Assembly (NCBI GenBank): GCA_038871515.1
Contig: JAVZHX010000001.1
Location: 448,001-512,000 of the forward strand
Length of the DNA stretch: 64,000 bases
Direction: 5' to 3'
Origin: Candidatus Micrarchaeia archaeon
GTDB lineage: Archaea > Micrarchaeota > Micrarchaeia > Burarchaeales > Fermentimicrarchaeaceae
The notes under the pieces are model-generated. The model made no database searches, was not told the origin of the DNA, and worked only from the letters and a program-made list of their open reading frames with translations. The position numbers and the translations under genes are program-made. Positions within the stretch are counted from its first letter, which is position 1. Every line of letters starts with the position of its first letter. This document shows, one piece after another, positions 49,759 through 59,401 of this stretch.

Positions 49759-51375
49759 ATGCAGACTTCTTCAAGGAAAAAGGAAAGAAAATACATCATC
49801 ATACTCGGTTCTTTGATGAGTGGTTTGGGGAAGGGGATAGTCACTGCTTCAATTGGAAAGGAGCTCCAGTCAAAAGGCTTCAGAGTTGTGCCAATAAAGT
49901 TTGATGGTTACTTGAATGTTGACTGCGGGACGATGAACCCCTATAGACACGGTGAAGTGTTTGTTTTGGATGATGGCGCTGAGTGCGATATGGATTTGGG
50001 AACGTATGAGAGATTTTTGAATGTTGATTTGAAGTGGGATAATAATATAACGGGAGGAAAGATATTTCGTTTGATAATTGAAAAGGAGAGAAAGGGAGGT
50101 TACCTTGGTTATGATGTTCAGATTGTTCCTCATTTAACAGATGAGATAAAGAATTGGGTTAAAAGGGTTGGAGATGATTTCAACGCGGATATTGTTTTAA
50201 TTGAGGTTGGGGGAACTGTTGGTGATTTGGAAAACTCATACTTCATTGAAGCGATGAGACAGCTTGCGCTTGAGCATAAAAACAATGCAATGTTCATTCA
50301 GGTTACCTACATTCCCTTTCTTGAATCGGTTGGGGAGCAGAAAACAAAGCCAACCCAGCATGCCACAAGGTTGCTTCAGAGCATGGGAGTCCAGCCAGAT
50401 GTGATAATTTGCAGAGGGGTAGGGAAACTCACTCCTGAAGCAAGGAGGAAAATAGCGCTGTTCTGCAATGTTCCTGAGGATTGCGTGATAACTGACCCAG
50501 ATACGCAGACAATCTACGAAGTTCCATTGCTTTTTGAGGAGCAGGGGCTTGGGAAGTTAATAATGAGAAAACTCTCTTTGAAACTGGAGAGAAATGATTT
50601 GAAAAGCTGGGAAGCGCTTGTGAGGAAAATAAAAAATCCTCAAAAAACAATTACTGTAGGAATAACCGGCAAGTACACTGCTTTGAAGGATGCGTATGTG
50701 AGTATAAAGGAAGCGCTTGTTCACTCAGGAGCGCATAACAACTGCAGGGTGAATATAAAGTGGATTGAAGCAACAGAAATTGAGGAGGGAATGCAGAGTG
50801 TTGATGTTCTGAAAAATTGTGATGGGATAATAGTACCTGGTGGTTTTGGGGAGAGGGGAATGGAAGGTAAAATTCAGTGCATAAAATACACAAGGGAGAA
50901 CAACATACCCTTCTTAGGTTTATGTTTGGGAATGCAGCTTGCTGTTGTTGAGTTCGCAAGAAACGTATGTGGTTTAAAAGGAGCGAATACCACAGAGGCA
51001 GAGCCAAACGCAAAGCACCCGGTTGTTGATTTGTTGCCTGAGCAGAAGAGAATTTCATACAAAGGAGCAACGATGAGGTTAGGCGGGCATGATGTTCTAA
51101 TAAAGAAGGGGACGCTTGCGCATAAACTCTATGGAAGCACAAAAGCAAGGGAGCGCTTCAGGCACAGATGGGAGATAAATGAAAAATATGTTGAAATTAT
51201 TGAGAAAAATGGATTGGTTTTCTCAGGAAAAGCAGTTGATGAGAACGTGATGCAGATTGCTGAGCTGCCAAACCACAAATTCTTCATTGGAACCCAATTC
51301 CACCCAGAGTTCACCTCACGTTTGGAGAAGCCCAACCCACTTTTCAACGGGTTTGTAAAAGCATGCATGAAATAG
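49759..51375 (+). CDS. pyrG: CTP synthase
   Basis: SGLGKGI, LNVDCGTMNPYRHGEVFV, KTKPTQH, PGGFG.RG, GLCLGMQ, QFHPEF. Confidence 0.96.
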   Translation: MQTSSRKKERKYIIILGSLMSGLGKGIVTASIGKELQSKGFRVVPIKFDGYLNVDCGTMNPYRHGEVFVLDDGAECDMDLGTYERFLNVDLKWDNNITGGKIFRLIIEKERKGGYLGYDVQIVPHLTDEIKNWVKRVGDDFNADIVLIEVGGTVGDLENSYFIEAMRQLALEHKNNAMFIQVTYIPFLESVGEQKTKPTQHATRLLQSMGVQPDVIICRGVGKLTPEARRKIALFCNVPEDCVITDPDTQTIYEVPLLFEEQGLGKLIMRKLSLKLERNDLKSWEALVRKIKNPQKTITVGITGKYTALKDAYVSIKEALVHSGAHNNCRVNIKWIEATEIEEGMQSVDVLKNCDGIIVPGGFGERGMEGKIQCIKYTRENNIPFLGLCLGMQLAVVEFARNVCGLKGANTTEAEPNAKHPVVDLLPEQKRISYKGATMRLGGHDVLIKKGTLAHKLYGSTKARERFRHRWEINEKYVEIIEKNGLVFSGKAVDENVMQIAELPNHKFFIGTQFHPEFTSRLEKPNPLFNGFVKACMK

Positions 51376-51945
51376 CTACTTATCCTTCTTCTTAATAACA
51401 CATATCTCTCCCAAATCAACCTTCCCATCACTTTCTTTCTGAAGGAAAGGCTCCACCTCCTTTCTCCTCTCCTCCTCCACCTTTCTCTTCAATTCAAGAA
51501 GCTTGCTCTCCTTTGCGGCTTTTTTCTTCTCCTTCACTTTTTCTTTCAAAGCACTCCTTAACTCATTTACTTTTTTCTCAAGCTCTGCAACCTGCTCCCC
51601 AGCCTTCCTCATATCATCCTCAATGAATTTCAAGCGTCTTGCCATCCTCTCAATTTCAACTGCTTCCTTCAGCTTCCTCTCCCACTCCTTAACCTCCTTA
51701 ACAAGCTCCCTCTCCTGCTGAAGGGTGCGTGCCTCTGTTGAGATGATGAACTCCAAACGATTTATCCTTTTTCTTATTTCCCTCACTGGAGGAAGGTTTG
51801 TTTCGCTTCTTTTCTTCTCAAGCATCTCCTTCAGCGCTTTTCCCTCATACATTTTATACTTATACCTTCTGTCTGCTTCCTTCAGCTTCTCAAGCAGCTC
51901 CGCTTTCTGCTTCTCCAACGCCTCCCTTGAAGTTTCCTCCTCCAT
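51376..51945 (-). CDS. Archaeal coiled-coil protein (COG1340-like)
   Basis: I.RLEFIISTEA.TL..ERELVKEV motif within E/K heptads; ATG start at 51945. Confidence 0.65.
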   Translation of the reverse strand: MEEETSREALEKQKAELLEKLKEADRRYKYKMYEGKALKEMLEKKRSETNLPPVREIRKRINRLEFIISTEARTLQQERELVKEVKEWERKLKEAVEIERMARRLKFIEDDMRKAGEQVAELEKKVNELRSALKEKVKEKKKAAKESKLLELKRKVEEERRKEVEPFLQKESDGKVDLGEICVIKKKDK

Positions 51946-52004
51946 CCAACCCCTCGAAACGAAAGCTTTATATTGGGATATAAATATAATAAAATGTTGC
52001 TTCT

Positions 52005-52094
52005 GCGTCTTCTCTGATACTGCCGAAAGGCAGCAAAACTGGTCGCCTTGCCAGCGCATGACGCGCTGGCCTATTTTTACGGGTTTAGCTTTTT
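52005..52094 (+). ncRNA. Candidate structured small RNA of unknown class
   Basis: GC-rich island in an AT-rich divergent intergenic region: CTGCC-GAAA-GGCAG and GCCAGCGC-ATGAC-GCGCTGGC hairpins, upstream TATA-like sequence, downstream T tracts. Confidence 0.4.
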
Positions 52095-52133
52095 CTCGTT
52101 GTGCTTATATTTATTCCTATCTTTAATAACTTC

Positions 52134-53207
52134 ATGATTGAGGTAAAAGCGGATGAGATGGAAGGGGGAGGGCAGGTTCTTCGCTCATCAATCTCCCTTT
52201 CCTCGGTTTTTGGAGTTCCAGTTAAACTATTCAACATACGGGCGAAGAGAGCAAAACCAGGGATGCAGGCACAGCACCTTATGGGGGTGGAAGCAGCTGC
52301 AAGGATTACATCTGCTGAGGTGCAAGGGCTTGAGAAAGGTTCAATGCAGTTAATATACACACCTAAAACAATCAACGCAGGTAAATTCAACTTCAACATT
52401 GGAACTGCTGGCTCCTCCATGCTTGTCCTTCAAACAATTCTTCCAATTGCGCTTTTCTCCCCTTCTGAAACTCAGGTGAGAATAATTGGTGGCACACACG
52501 TTGCATGGTCACCAAACTTTCACTTTGTAAAAGAGGTTTTCCTTCCAATTATTAAGAAAATGGGATGCTCGCTTGAATCCTTTGAGCTTGAGAGAGCTGG
52601 CTGGTATCCAAAAGGAGGAGGAGCGGTTAAACTTCTCATCAAACCAATCAACAGCTTGAAACCAATTCAGCTCACATCCCCGGGAAAGATGATTAAAATA
52701 CTTGGAATCTCGTGCTGCTCTAACCTTCCAGAAACAATCCCTCAGAGGCAGGCAAGCGCTGCAAGAAAGCTGCTTATAAAAAACGGCTACGATGCGGAGA
52801 TAGAGGAGGTGACCCTCCCCTCCTACTCCAAAGGTTCAGCGCTAACTCTATGGGCAATTTATGAGAACACGATACTCGGGGCATCATCATTAGGCGAGCT
52901 TGGAAAAAAATCCGAGGTGGTGGGGGAGGAGGCGGCAAAAAACCTTCTTGAGGAAATGAAAAGTGGTGCAGCTCTTGACAGCCATATGGGTGACCAAGTA
53001 TTAATTTACATGGGGCTTGCAAAAGGCGAATCCTCTGTAACAGTCAGCAAGCTCACCTCGCATATAAAAACAAATATATGGGTGATTGAGCAGTTCATCA
53101 ATTCAAGATTCAGAATTGAGGAGTTTGAGAGTGGTGTTGCGAAAATCACAATAGAAGGAGTTGGGCTTGAGAGAGCTCAGCGCTCACTCGAAGAGAATTG
53201 GAAGTAA
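52134..53207 (+). CDS. rtcA: RNA 3'-terminal phosphate cyclase
   Basis: EGGGQVLRSS, NIRAKR.KPG..AQHL, GTAGS..LVLQ, GGTHV..SP, GWYPKGGG, D.HMGDQ. Confidence 0.94.
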   Translation: MIEVKADEMEGGGQVLRSSISLSSVFGVPVKLFNIRAKRAKPGMQAQHLMGVEAAARITSAEVQGLEKGSMQLIYTPKTINAGKFNFNIGTAGSSMLVLQTILPIALFSPSETQVRIIGGTHVAWSPNFHFVKEVFLPIIKKMGCSLESFELERAGWYPKGGGAVKLLIKPINSLKPIQLTSPGKMIKILGISCCSNLPETIPQRQASAARKLLIKNGYDAEIEEVTLPSYSKGSALTLWAIYENTILGASSLGELGKKSEVVGEEAAKNLLEEMKSGAALDSHMGDQVLIYMGLAKGESSVTVSKLTSHIKTNIWVIEQFINSRFRIEEFESGVAKITIEGVGLERAQRSLEENWK

Positions 53208-54062
53208 GTAACCCAGCGGGTCGCCGAAGAGAACTGAGAAGAGCAGTGCAATCAAAACATATGGCATGAAAACAGGCATTTCCTTATAAACAGGGAACTT
53301 CTTTCTCTTGCCAATTTTTTTCAGTTTCTCTATTTCACTTAAGGTAAGCAGCTTACGCAGGTTATGTCTTTTAACAAACTCCTCATCCATCTTCTCAACT
53401 GCCAGTATATCCTCCTCATCTATCTCATCAACTCCAACCATCTTTATCATGTACTTCTCTGCGATGTGTTCTTTCAGAGCAAATGTAAATGTGGCGCATA
53501 TAATCACTGCGGTGAACACAGCGAGCTGAAGCTGGGAGAGCTCAACAATTGAGGTTAAAGTGTAGAGAAGCGCCATATAAAGAATAAGCGTTATTGCAGA
53601 GAGAAGGGCGGTTGTGCGGTTGATGAGAAGCTTCTCCCCTTTAACGTAGTTGTAAAGTGTAACTGGCACGTATTTGAGAAAAACGCCAAATACCCCAAGC
53701 ATCCCGGAAAGCATAAAAACTGAAACCACGAAAGGGAAGCCTGAGTTGAAGTAAGTTGGTGTCAGGAGTGGATGTGGTGCTTCTGGAAGCAGGAGGGCGA
53801 TTGAGACGAATAATAATACATCCGCTCCACCAATCTGACCTGTTATGTAAAGCAAGTAACCTATTACAAAAACAACAAAACCAACTGATAAATTATAAAA
53901 AATTAGTGATGGGTTAAAAGTTGCAAAAGTGAAAATAACCCCCATCCCAACCAACGAGTAGCTCAACCACGTTGGAACATTCCTTCTGTTGAATAAATCA
54001 TAATACGTTGCAACAGCGCATCCCGCAAAGCAGATGAAAAACCTCAATGCTTCAAACTCCAT
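53184..54062 (-). CDS. Prepilin/preflagellin peptidase (A24 family)
   Basis: YYDL..R.VP, IGGADV, and the C-terminal PVFMPYV hydrophobic tail. Confidence 0.82.
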   Translation of the reverse strand: MEFEALRFFICFAGCAVATYYDLFNRRNVPTWLSYSLVGMGVIFTFATFNPSLIFYNLSVGFVVFVIGYLLYITGQIGGADVLLFVSIALLLPEAPHPLLTPTYFNSGFPFVVSVFMLSGMLGVFGVFLKYVPVTLYNYVKGEKLLINRTTALLSAITLILYMALLYTLTSIVELSQLQLAVFTAVIICATFTFALKEHIAEKYMIKMVGVDEIDEEDILAVEKMDEEFVKRHNLRKLLTLSEIEKLKKIGKRKKFPVYKEMPVFMPYVLIALLFSVLFGDPLGYLLPILFE

Positions 54063-54066
54063 TCAT

Positions 54067-54990
54067 TCACCCTACAATTTTTATTTTCCTATTCTTTCTT
54101 AGTTCCTCCATCAACCTCTCAGTTATCTTCGCTTCCGTCTGCCTCCTCTTCCTTGCTGAAACTAAGTAACGCACCGCAACTCTCACATTTCCATCCCTTA
54201 AAGAAAGATAGACAATCGGCTCCTCCTTTATATCCCTTATTTTCAGCTTATACTTTCTTGAGCTCAGGAACTTTGCAGCATCCCTCATCTTCTCACCAAC
54301 AATCTCCTTAACAACTCCCTCAGTTATCCTCTTTGCAAGTTCGTAATCGCATCCATGAGATATTCTGAAAGAAATTTCATCCCATATGAATGGGCCCTCA
54401 GCGGTGTAGTTTATCACATTCTTCTCAAGCACAATTCTATTTGGCACGCTTACAAACCCACCAGTCTCCTGCCAGCTGTTCCTGTCCAGCTCATTTATTC
54501 TTGTGAAAAATAGATTTATGTCAGACACATCTCCAAGCGCTCCCCAAACACTATCTCCAATATAAACTCTATCACCTATTTTATACAACCTTGACATCAC
54601 TATTGACAGCCAGCCAATCACGTTGAGAAGAATTGGTTGAAGCGCTATTGCCAAGCCAGCTCCAACCAACCCCGAAAATATTGTGAGAAAAGTCACATCA
54701 CCTATGAAAATAAATCCCATGATAAGCAGAGCCAAACCACCCATGAAATACTTCAGAACTCCACTGATATACCGCGTCTCATCCTCAGACAACTTAAATG
54801 CTCTTCTTACCCACTCCTCCACAAGGGTTAGCGTCACAATAGCAAGCGCAATTACAACTGCTGCTAGAACAGCTTTATTAACATAAACCATTAACTCAGT
54901 TGGAATTCCTAACTTATCACGAACTGTTGGGAAATAGTAAACGAGCAGCAAAACAACAATCACGCAAATAACAAGGTAAACCAGCCTCAT
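54067..54990 (-). CDS. mscS: Small-conductance mechanosensitive channel
   Basis: GLVGAGLAIALQ, YKIGDRV.IG...GDV.DI.LF.T, VPN...VINY. Confidence 0.88.
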   Translation of the reverse strand: MRLVYLVICVIVVLLLVYYFPTVRDKLGIPTELMVYVNKAVLAAVVIALAIVTLTLVEEWVRRAFKLSEDETRYISGVLKYFMGGLALLIMGFIFIGDVTFLTIFSGLVGAGLAIALQPILLNVIGWLSIVMSRLYKIGDRVYIGDSVWGALGDVSDINLFFTRINELDRNSWQETGGFVSVPNRIVLEKNVINYTAEGPFIWDEISFRISHGCDYELAKRITEGVVKEIVGEKMRDAAKFLSSRKYKLKIRDIKEEPIVYLSLRDGNVRVAVRYLVSARKRRQTEAKITERLMEELRKNRKIKIVG

Positions 54991-55030
54991 CCATTCACCT
55001 TCAATTATAATAATAAATTAACTTTATAAA

Positions 55031-56350
55031 CTACGCTCCGAATTTGCCACCAGTTTTCATAAACCTTTCAACCTGCCTTCTTAAACCTCTATTCTTCTTA
55101 AACATGTTCAGAAACTTCCTCATTTTCTCAAACTGGGAGAGAAGCTCCCTCACCTCCTCAACCTTTGTTCCAGACCCCTTTGCAATTCTCTCAATTCTCT
55201 TTGGGTTCTTTCTCACAAGCTCCACATCCTTCCTCTCCTCCTTTGTCATCGAGTTTATAATCACCTCATATTTCTTCAGCTTCTCCTCGCTTTCCTCCAT
55301 GAGCTCCTTCGGCAAGTCAACCATCCCCATCATTTGAAAGACTCCCTTCAGCGGGCCGAGTTTCTTCGTTGCTTTCAGCTGTTCATAGAAGCTTTCAATA
55401 GTAAGCTCTTCCTCAAGAAGCTTCTCGGCATCAACCTCCTCAACCCCCGCTTTTTTCACTTTCTCAAGCAAACCCTCCAAGTCAGGGAAGCCAAGCAGCC
55501 TACCAACAAACTTTTTTGCATCAAAAACTTCAAAATCATCAACTTTTTCTCCTGTGCCTATGAATGCAATTTTTGCTCCTGAAGCAGCAACAGAGCTTAG
55601 GGCACCTCCACCTTTCCCACTTCCATCCATCTTTGTAACCACAACTCCAGTAAGCCCAACCGCCTTGTTGAACTCCTCCGCCTGCTTCCTTGCAATCTGC
55701 CCAATATCAGCGCTGACAACAAGCAGCTTCTCATCTGGCTGAAGCGCCTCGTTTATTCCCTTCAACTCCTCCTGCAGCTTCTCATCAAACGCATCCCTCC
55801 CGGAGGAGTCAACTATCACAACGTCTTTATCTTTGAAATACTCCAAACCACTCCTCACTATTTTAACAGAATCCACTTCCCCCTTCACTCCATAAAAAGG
55901 AATCCCTGTTTTTCTCGCAAGCTGTTCAACCTGCTCATATGCTGCGGGTCTATATGTATCGCAGCATATCAAACCAACGCTCAATCCTTTATCCCTGTAA
56001 AACTTCGCAAGCTTTGCTGTTGTTGTTGTTTTGCCACTACCAAAAAGCCCAAGCAAAAGCACTCTCTGCTTTCCCAACTTCGGCTCGTACTTTTCACCCA
56101 TAAGAGAGACAAGCTCCTCGTAAACAACTCTCACAACGTGCTCCTTCGCCCCCACCCCCCCAGCTGGCTTCTCACTAAAAGCTCTCTCCTGAATTCTTTT
56201 TGATAAATCAAAAACAAGCTTTACATTAACATCGTTTGTTATAAGCACCCTCTGCAACTCCTTCACAAGCTCCGCTACTGCTTTCTCATCCACTATTGCA
56301 GCGCCAGTTATTCTGGCAATTGCCTTCCTTAAACCAGCTCCCAAATCCAT
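55031..56350 (-). CDS. srp54: Signal recognition particle protein SRP54
   Basis: DVNVKLV, GLFGSGKTTT, DTYRPAAYEQ, DSSGR, TKMDGSGKGGGALS, SMT.EER, RIAKGSG. Confidence 0.95.
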   Translation of the reverse strand: MDLGAGLRKAIARITGAAIVDEKAVAELVKELQRVLITNDVNVKLVFDLSKRIQERAFSEKPAGGVGAKEHVVRVVYEELVSLMGEKYEPKLGKQRVLLLGLFGSGKTTTTAKLAKFYRDKGLSVGLICCDTYRPAAYEQVEQLARKTGIPFYGVKGEVDSVKIVRSGLEYFKDKDVVIVDSSGRDAFDEKLQEELKGINEALQPDEKLLVVSADIGQIARKQAEEFNKAVGLTGVVVTKMDGSGKGGGALSSVAASGAKIAFIGTGEKVDDFEVFDAKKFVGRLLGFPDLEGLLEKVKKAGVEEVDAEKLLEEELTIESFYEQLKATKKLGPLKGVFQMMGMVDLPKELMEESEEKLKKYEVIINSMTKEERKDVELVRKNPKRIERIAKGSGTKVEEVRELLSQFEKMRKFLNMFKKNRGLRRQVERFMKTGGKFGA

Positions 56351-56445
56351 AAAAACACAGAAATAATTTGTGCGGTGTATTTAATTACTCTTTCTGAGAA
56401 GCACATTAATAAAAACACATAAGCAAATCTATACTCGGTGTTTCA

Positions 56446-57663
56446 ATGAAGGAGCTTGTTGAAAAAATTGTTAAGGGTAGAATTGGCTTCCATGACGTTC
56501 AGAAGTTTGTAAGCATGGGGGAAGCAGTTGAGGTGAGAAGAGCTGCGCTGGAAAGAATAACAAACACAAAACTGGAGCACATTGGAAAGTATTCAATAGA
56601 CTTGGGAAGCGCAACAAACAGAAACATTGACAACCCAATTGGCGTCACACAGATTCCTGTTGGAATTGCTGGCCCATTAAAAATAAAAGGAGAATATGCA
56701 AGGGGGGACTTCTACATTCCACTTGCAACAACAGAGGGAGCATTAGTTGCATCTGTGAACAGGGGAGCAACTGCGATAACTGCAAGTGGTGGATGCAATG
56801 TGAGAATTCTTTATGAGGGAATGACAAGGGCGCCTCTCTTCAAAGTGAGAAATCTGAAGGAAGCAATAAAGCTGAAGGAGTGGGTGAATGCGAACTTCTA
56901 CAAGCTGAAAGAGCTTATGGAGCAGGATAGATTTTTGAAGTTAAAAATGGTCGAGCCATTCATTACTGGAAGGCATGTTTTTCTGAGGTTTGTCTGCACA
57001 ACTGGAGATGCGATGGGAATGAATATGATAACAATTGGGCTTGAGAGAGTTGTTGAGTTCATTGAGAAAGAAAACAGAGGAGCGAAATGCATTGCGCTCA
57101 GCGGCAACCTATGCACTGATAAAAAACCATCTGCAGCAAACTTCATACTTGGAAGAGGGAGAAGCGTCACTGCGGATGTAGTTATACCAGAAAACATTGT
57201 GAGAAAAACACTGAAAACAACTTCAAAGAAGATTGTTGAGGTGAACTACGGAAAAAACTTCATTGGCTCGGCAAGGGCAGGAGTGCTTGGTGGTTTTAAT
57301 GCTCACGTCGCAAACCCAATTGCTGCTTTATACATCGCATGCGGGCAGGATCCTGCGCAGATAATGAACAGCGCGATGGCAATAACATCGGCAGAGGAGG
57401 AGAGGGGAGGAGTTTACTTCTCAATACTTATGCCAAGCATTGAAAGTGGTGCTCTGGGAGGAGGAATGAACCTCCCAACCCAAAAAGAGGCATTGCAGAT
57501 ACTTCACTGCTACGGAGCAGGCAACCCACCAGGAAGCAATGCAAGGAAGTTTGCGGAGATTGCATGCGCAACTGCTCTCGCAGGTGAAATAAGTCTGATT
57601 TCTGCGCTTGCTGCCGGCCATTTGGCACGCGCTCACGAGAGGCTGGGAAGAGGCAAGGTGTAG
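56446..57663 (+). CDS. hmgA: HMG-CoA reductase (class I, NADPH)
   Basis: PLATTEGALVASVNRG, TGDAMGMNM, SGNLCTDKK, GFNAH, CGQDPA, LAGEISL. Confidence 0.94.
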   Translation: MKELVEKIVKGRIGFHDVQKFVSMGEAVEVRRAALERITNTKLEHIGKYSIDLGSATNRNIDNPIGVTQIPVGIAGPLKIKGEYARGDFYIPLATTEGALVASVNRGATAITASGGCNVRILYEGMTRAPLFKVRNLKEAIKLKEWVNANFYKLKELMEQDRFLKLKMVEPFITGRHVFLRFVCTTGDAMGMNMITIGLERVVEFIEKENRGAKCIALSGNLCTDKKPSAANFILGRGRSVTADVVIPENIVRKTLKTTSKKIVEVNYGKNFIGSARAGVLGGFNAHVANPIAALYIACGQDPAQIMNSAMAITSAEEERGGVYFSILMPSIESGALGGGMNLPTQKEALQILHCYGAGNPPGSNARKFAEIACATALAGEISLISALAAGHLARAHERLGRGKV

Positions 57664-57667
57664 GTTT

Positions 57668-59401
57668 ATGGAACAGAGGTTTGCTGTTGCACTACTACTG
57701 CTTCTGACAGTTTCAATAACTGCTTACCACATTCTTGACAAGCATCTGCTTGACTTACACTCATATGAACAAATTCTGAATGTGCGGCGCTTCATTGAGG
57801 GAAAGGAGCCTGCTGGGATGACAAACCAGCTCACCGCAGCAGTTTACAGCTTTTTCAGCACGGGCGAGTTCAACCCCTCCATTCTGCTCACAATTGCAAA
57901 AATCCTCCCAATTGTCCTGTCAGCATTATCGGTTGTTGCATTCTACTTCATGCTGAAGGAGATGTTCTCCCCGCTTGCTTCCTTCGCTGGTGCAGTGCTG
58001 CTTCTCTCCTCCCAGGCGTTTCTGCTTGGGATGCGCTCTGGCGTTTACTCTCCGGATTCACTTGGGATGTGCCTTTTTATCTTCGCCTGCCTTTCTCTTT
58101 TCCGCTCAAAGAAAAACTATCTCCTTCTTGCTCTTTCAGCAGTCCTTTTCATACTCTCCTCTCTTGGATGGAGCGCAGGGTGGGTGATGGTTGCCATCGT
58201 TGCAATTTCCCTTCTCCTGCAGCAATTATTCTACCCGTCAAAAAAAGAGCACAGCTATGAGGCGATGGTTGCTCTCCTCGCCTCGCTTATTTCATACTTT
58301 TTAACTACCCCAACGATATTCACCAAAACATCCTCCGCATCCCCATTCCTCCCAACTCTCCCTCTTCTGGTGTTTGGCTTCCTTTTATTTTTGGCAAGGC
58401 TAGCTGGCAAGTATCAATGCAAAGGAAAACTTGAATTTTTCACAGCATCCTTTTTCATCCTCTCAGCTCTTCTATACAATTTTGACGCATTCCCATCCTC
58501 ACTTGGAATTGCTCTTTTCTCAGCTTTCTCGGTAAATGAGCTTATTGCAATAAAGGAGCAGAAAGCTATACTTGCGCTTTTTTCCCTCACCATTCTTTTC
58601 GTTTCATTTGAGTTCACGCAAACATTCCTTAAGTTTGAGCAATCGCTTGTTGCCTCTCTCCTAATCGCAGCCAGCTCAGTTTTCATAGTTTCGCTTTACA
58701 GGGATAGGAGAATTGACGTTTACCTGACTTTCTCAATAATACTCCTCGTGCTTCTCTCATCGCTTAACACCGCTGCCTTAACACAGATAAGAATTTCTGA
58801 TACGATTGGCTCGCCAGTTGATGAGATGATGGAGTGGGCAGGTGAACTGCCGGAGAATTCAACATTCTGGGTTTTCAGAATAACTCCTCTGATGGAGTTT
58901 ATGACAGGAAGGAATTGCTACGAAAATGATACTGAGTTTGCGCAGTTCATCCTCTCAAACAATTCAGTTTCATTCTTGAAGGAGAGAAACATAACCCATC
59001 TTATGATTGATGCATCAATGTTTGATAATATAGAGATGATGAAAACATACGCAAACAACACAAAGGTTAGAATTGACTCATTCAGGCTCTATGGAATTCA
59101 GGTAGACCAGACCGGGAACCGCTATGCAGTTTTTGTAACGACTGATGGAAAGGTTGCATTTGCTCAGATAGACCCGCTAACAAACAACCTTATGGAAGGA
59201 GATGTTGTAATATACATGGGTGAAGGAAGGAGAACAGTTCCACTTAAAAAATTCTTGAGGATTGGGAACTACAGGTTAGTATACCCCCAGGATAACTACA
59301 GAGTTAATCTTTTCTTATTGTTTTTTGAAAATGTTGATGGGTTGAGAGAAGTCTATAATTCAGAGAATCAGGATATAAAAGTTTTTGAGGTAGTGGGATG
59401 A
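57668..59401 (+). CDS. GT-C/STT3(AglB)-like multi-pass membrane protein
   Basis: About 13 TM segments and a C-terminal soluble domain ending IKVFEV; AglB-like layout without the WWDYG motif. Confidence 0.55.
   Translation: MEQRFAVALLLLLTVSITAYHILDKHLLDLHSYEQILNVRRFIEGKEPAGMTNQLTAAVYSFFSTGEFNPSILLTIAKILPIVLSALSVVAFYFMLKEMFSPLASFAGAVLLLSSQAFLLGMRSGVYSPDSLGMCLFIFACLSLFRSKKNYLLLALSAVLFILSSLGWSAGWVMVAIVAISLLLQQLFYPSKKEHSYEAMVALLASLISYFLTTPTIFTKTSSASPFLPTLPLLVFGFLLFLARLAGKYQCKGKLEFFTASFFILSALLYNFDAFPSSLGIALFSAFSVNELIAIKEQKAILALFSLTILFVSFEFTQTFLKFEQSLVASLLIAASSVFIVSLYRDRRIDVYLTFSIILLVLLSSLNTAALTQIRISDTIGSPVDEMMEWAGELPENSTFWVFRITPLMEFMTGRNCYENDTEFAQFILSNNSVSFLKERNITHLMIDASMFDNIEMMKTYANNTKVRIDSFRLYGIQVDQTGNRYAVFVTTDGKVAFAQIDPLTNNLMEGDVVIYMGEGRRTVPLKKFLRIGNYRLVYPQDNYRVNLFLLFFENVDGLREVYNSENQDIKVFEVVG

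Noticed and set aside
52014..52040. Hammerhead ribozyme or SRP helix 8 in the intergenic hairpins
   Set aside because: CTGATAC...GCAAAAC does not match the CUGANGA...GAAA core, and the SRP54-binding internal loops are absent.
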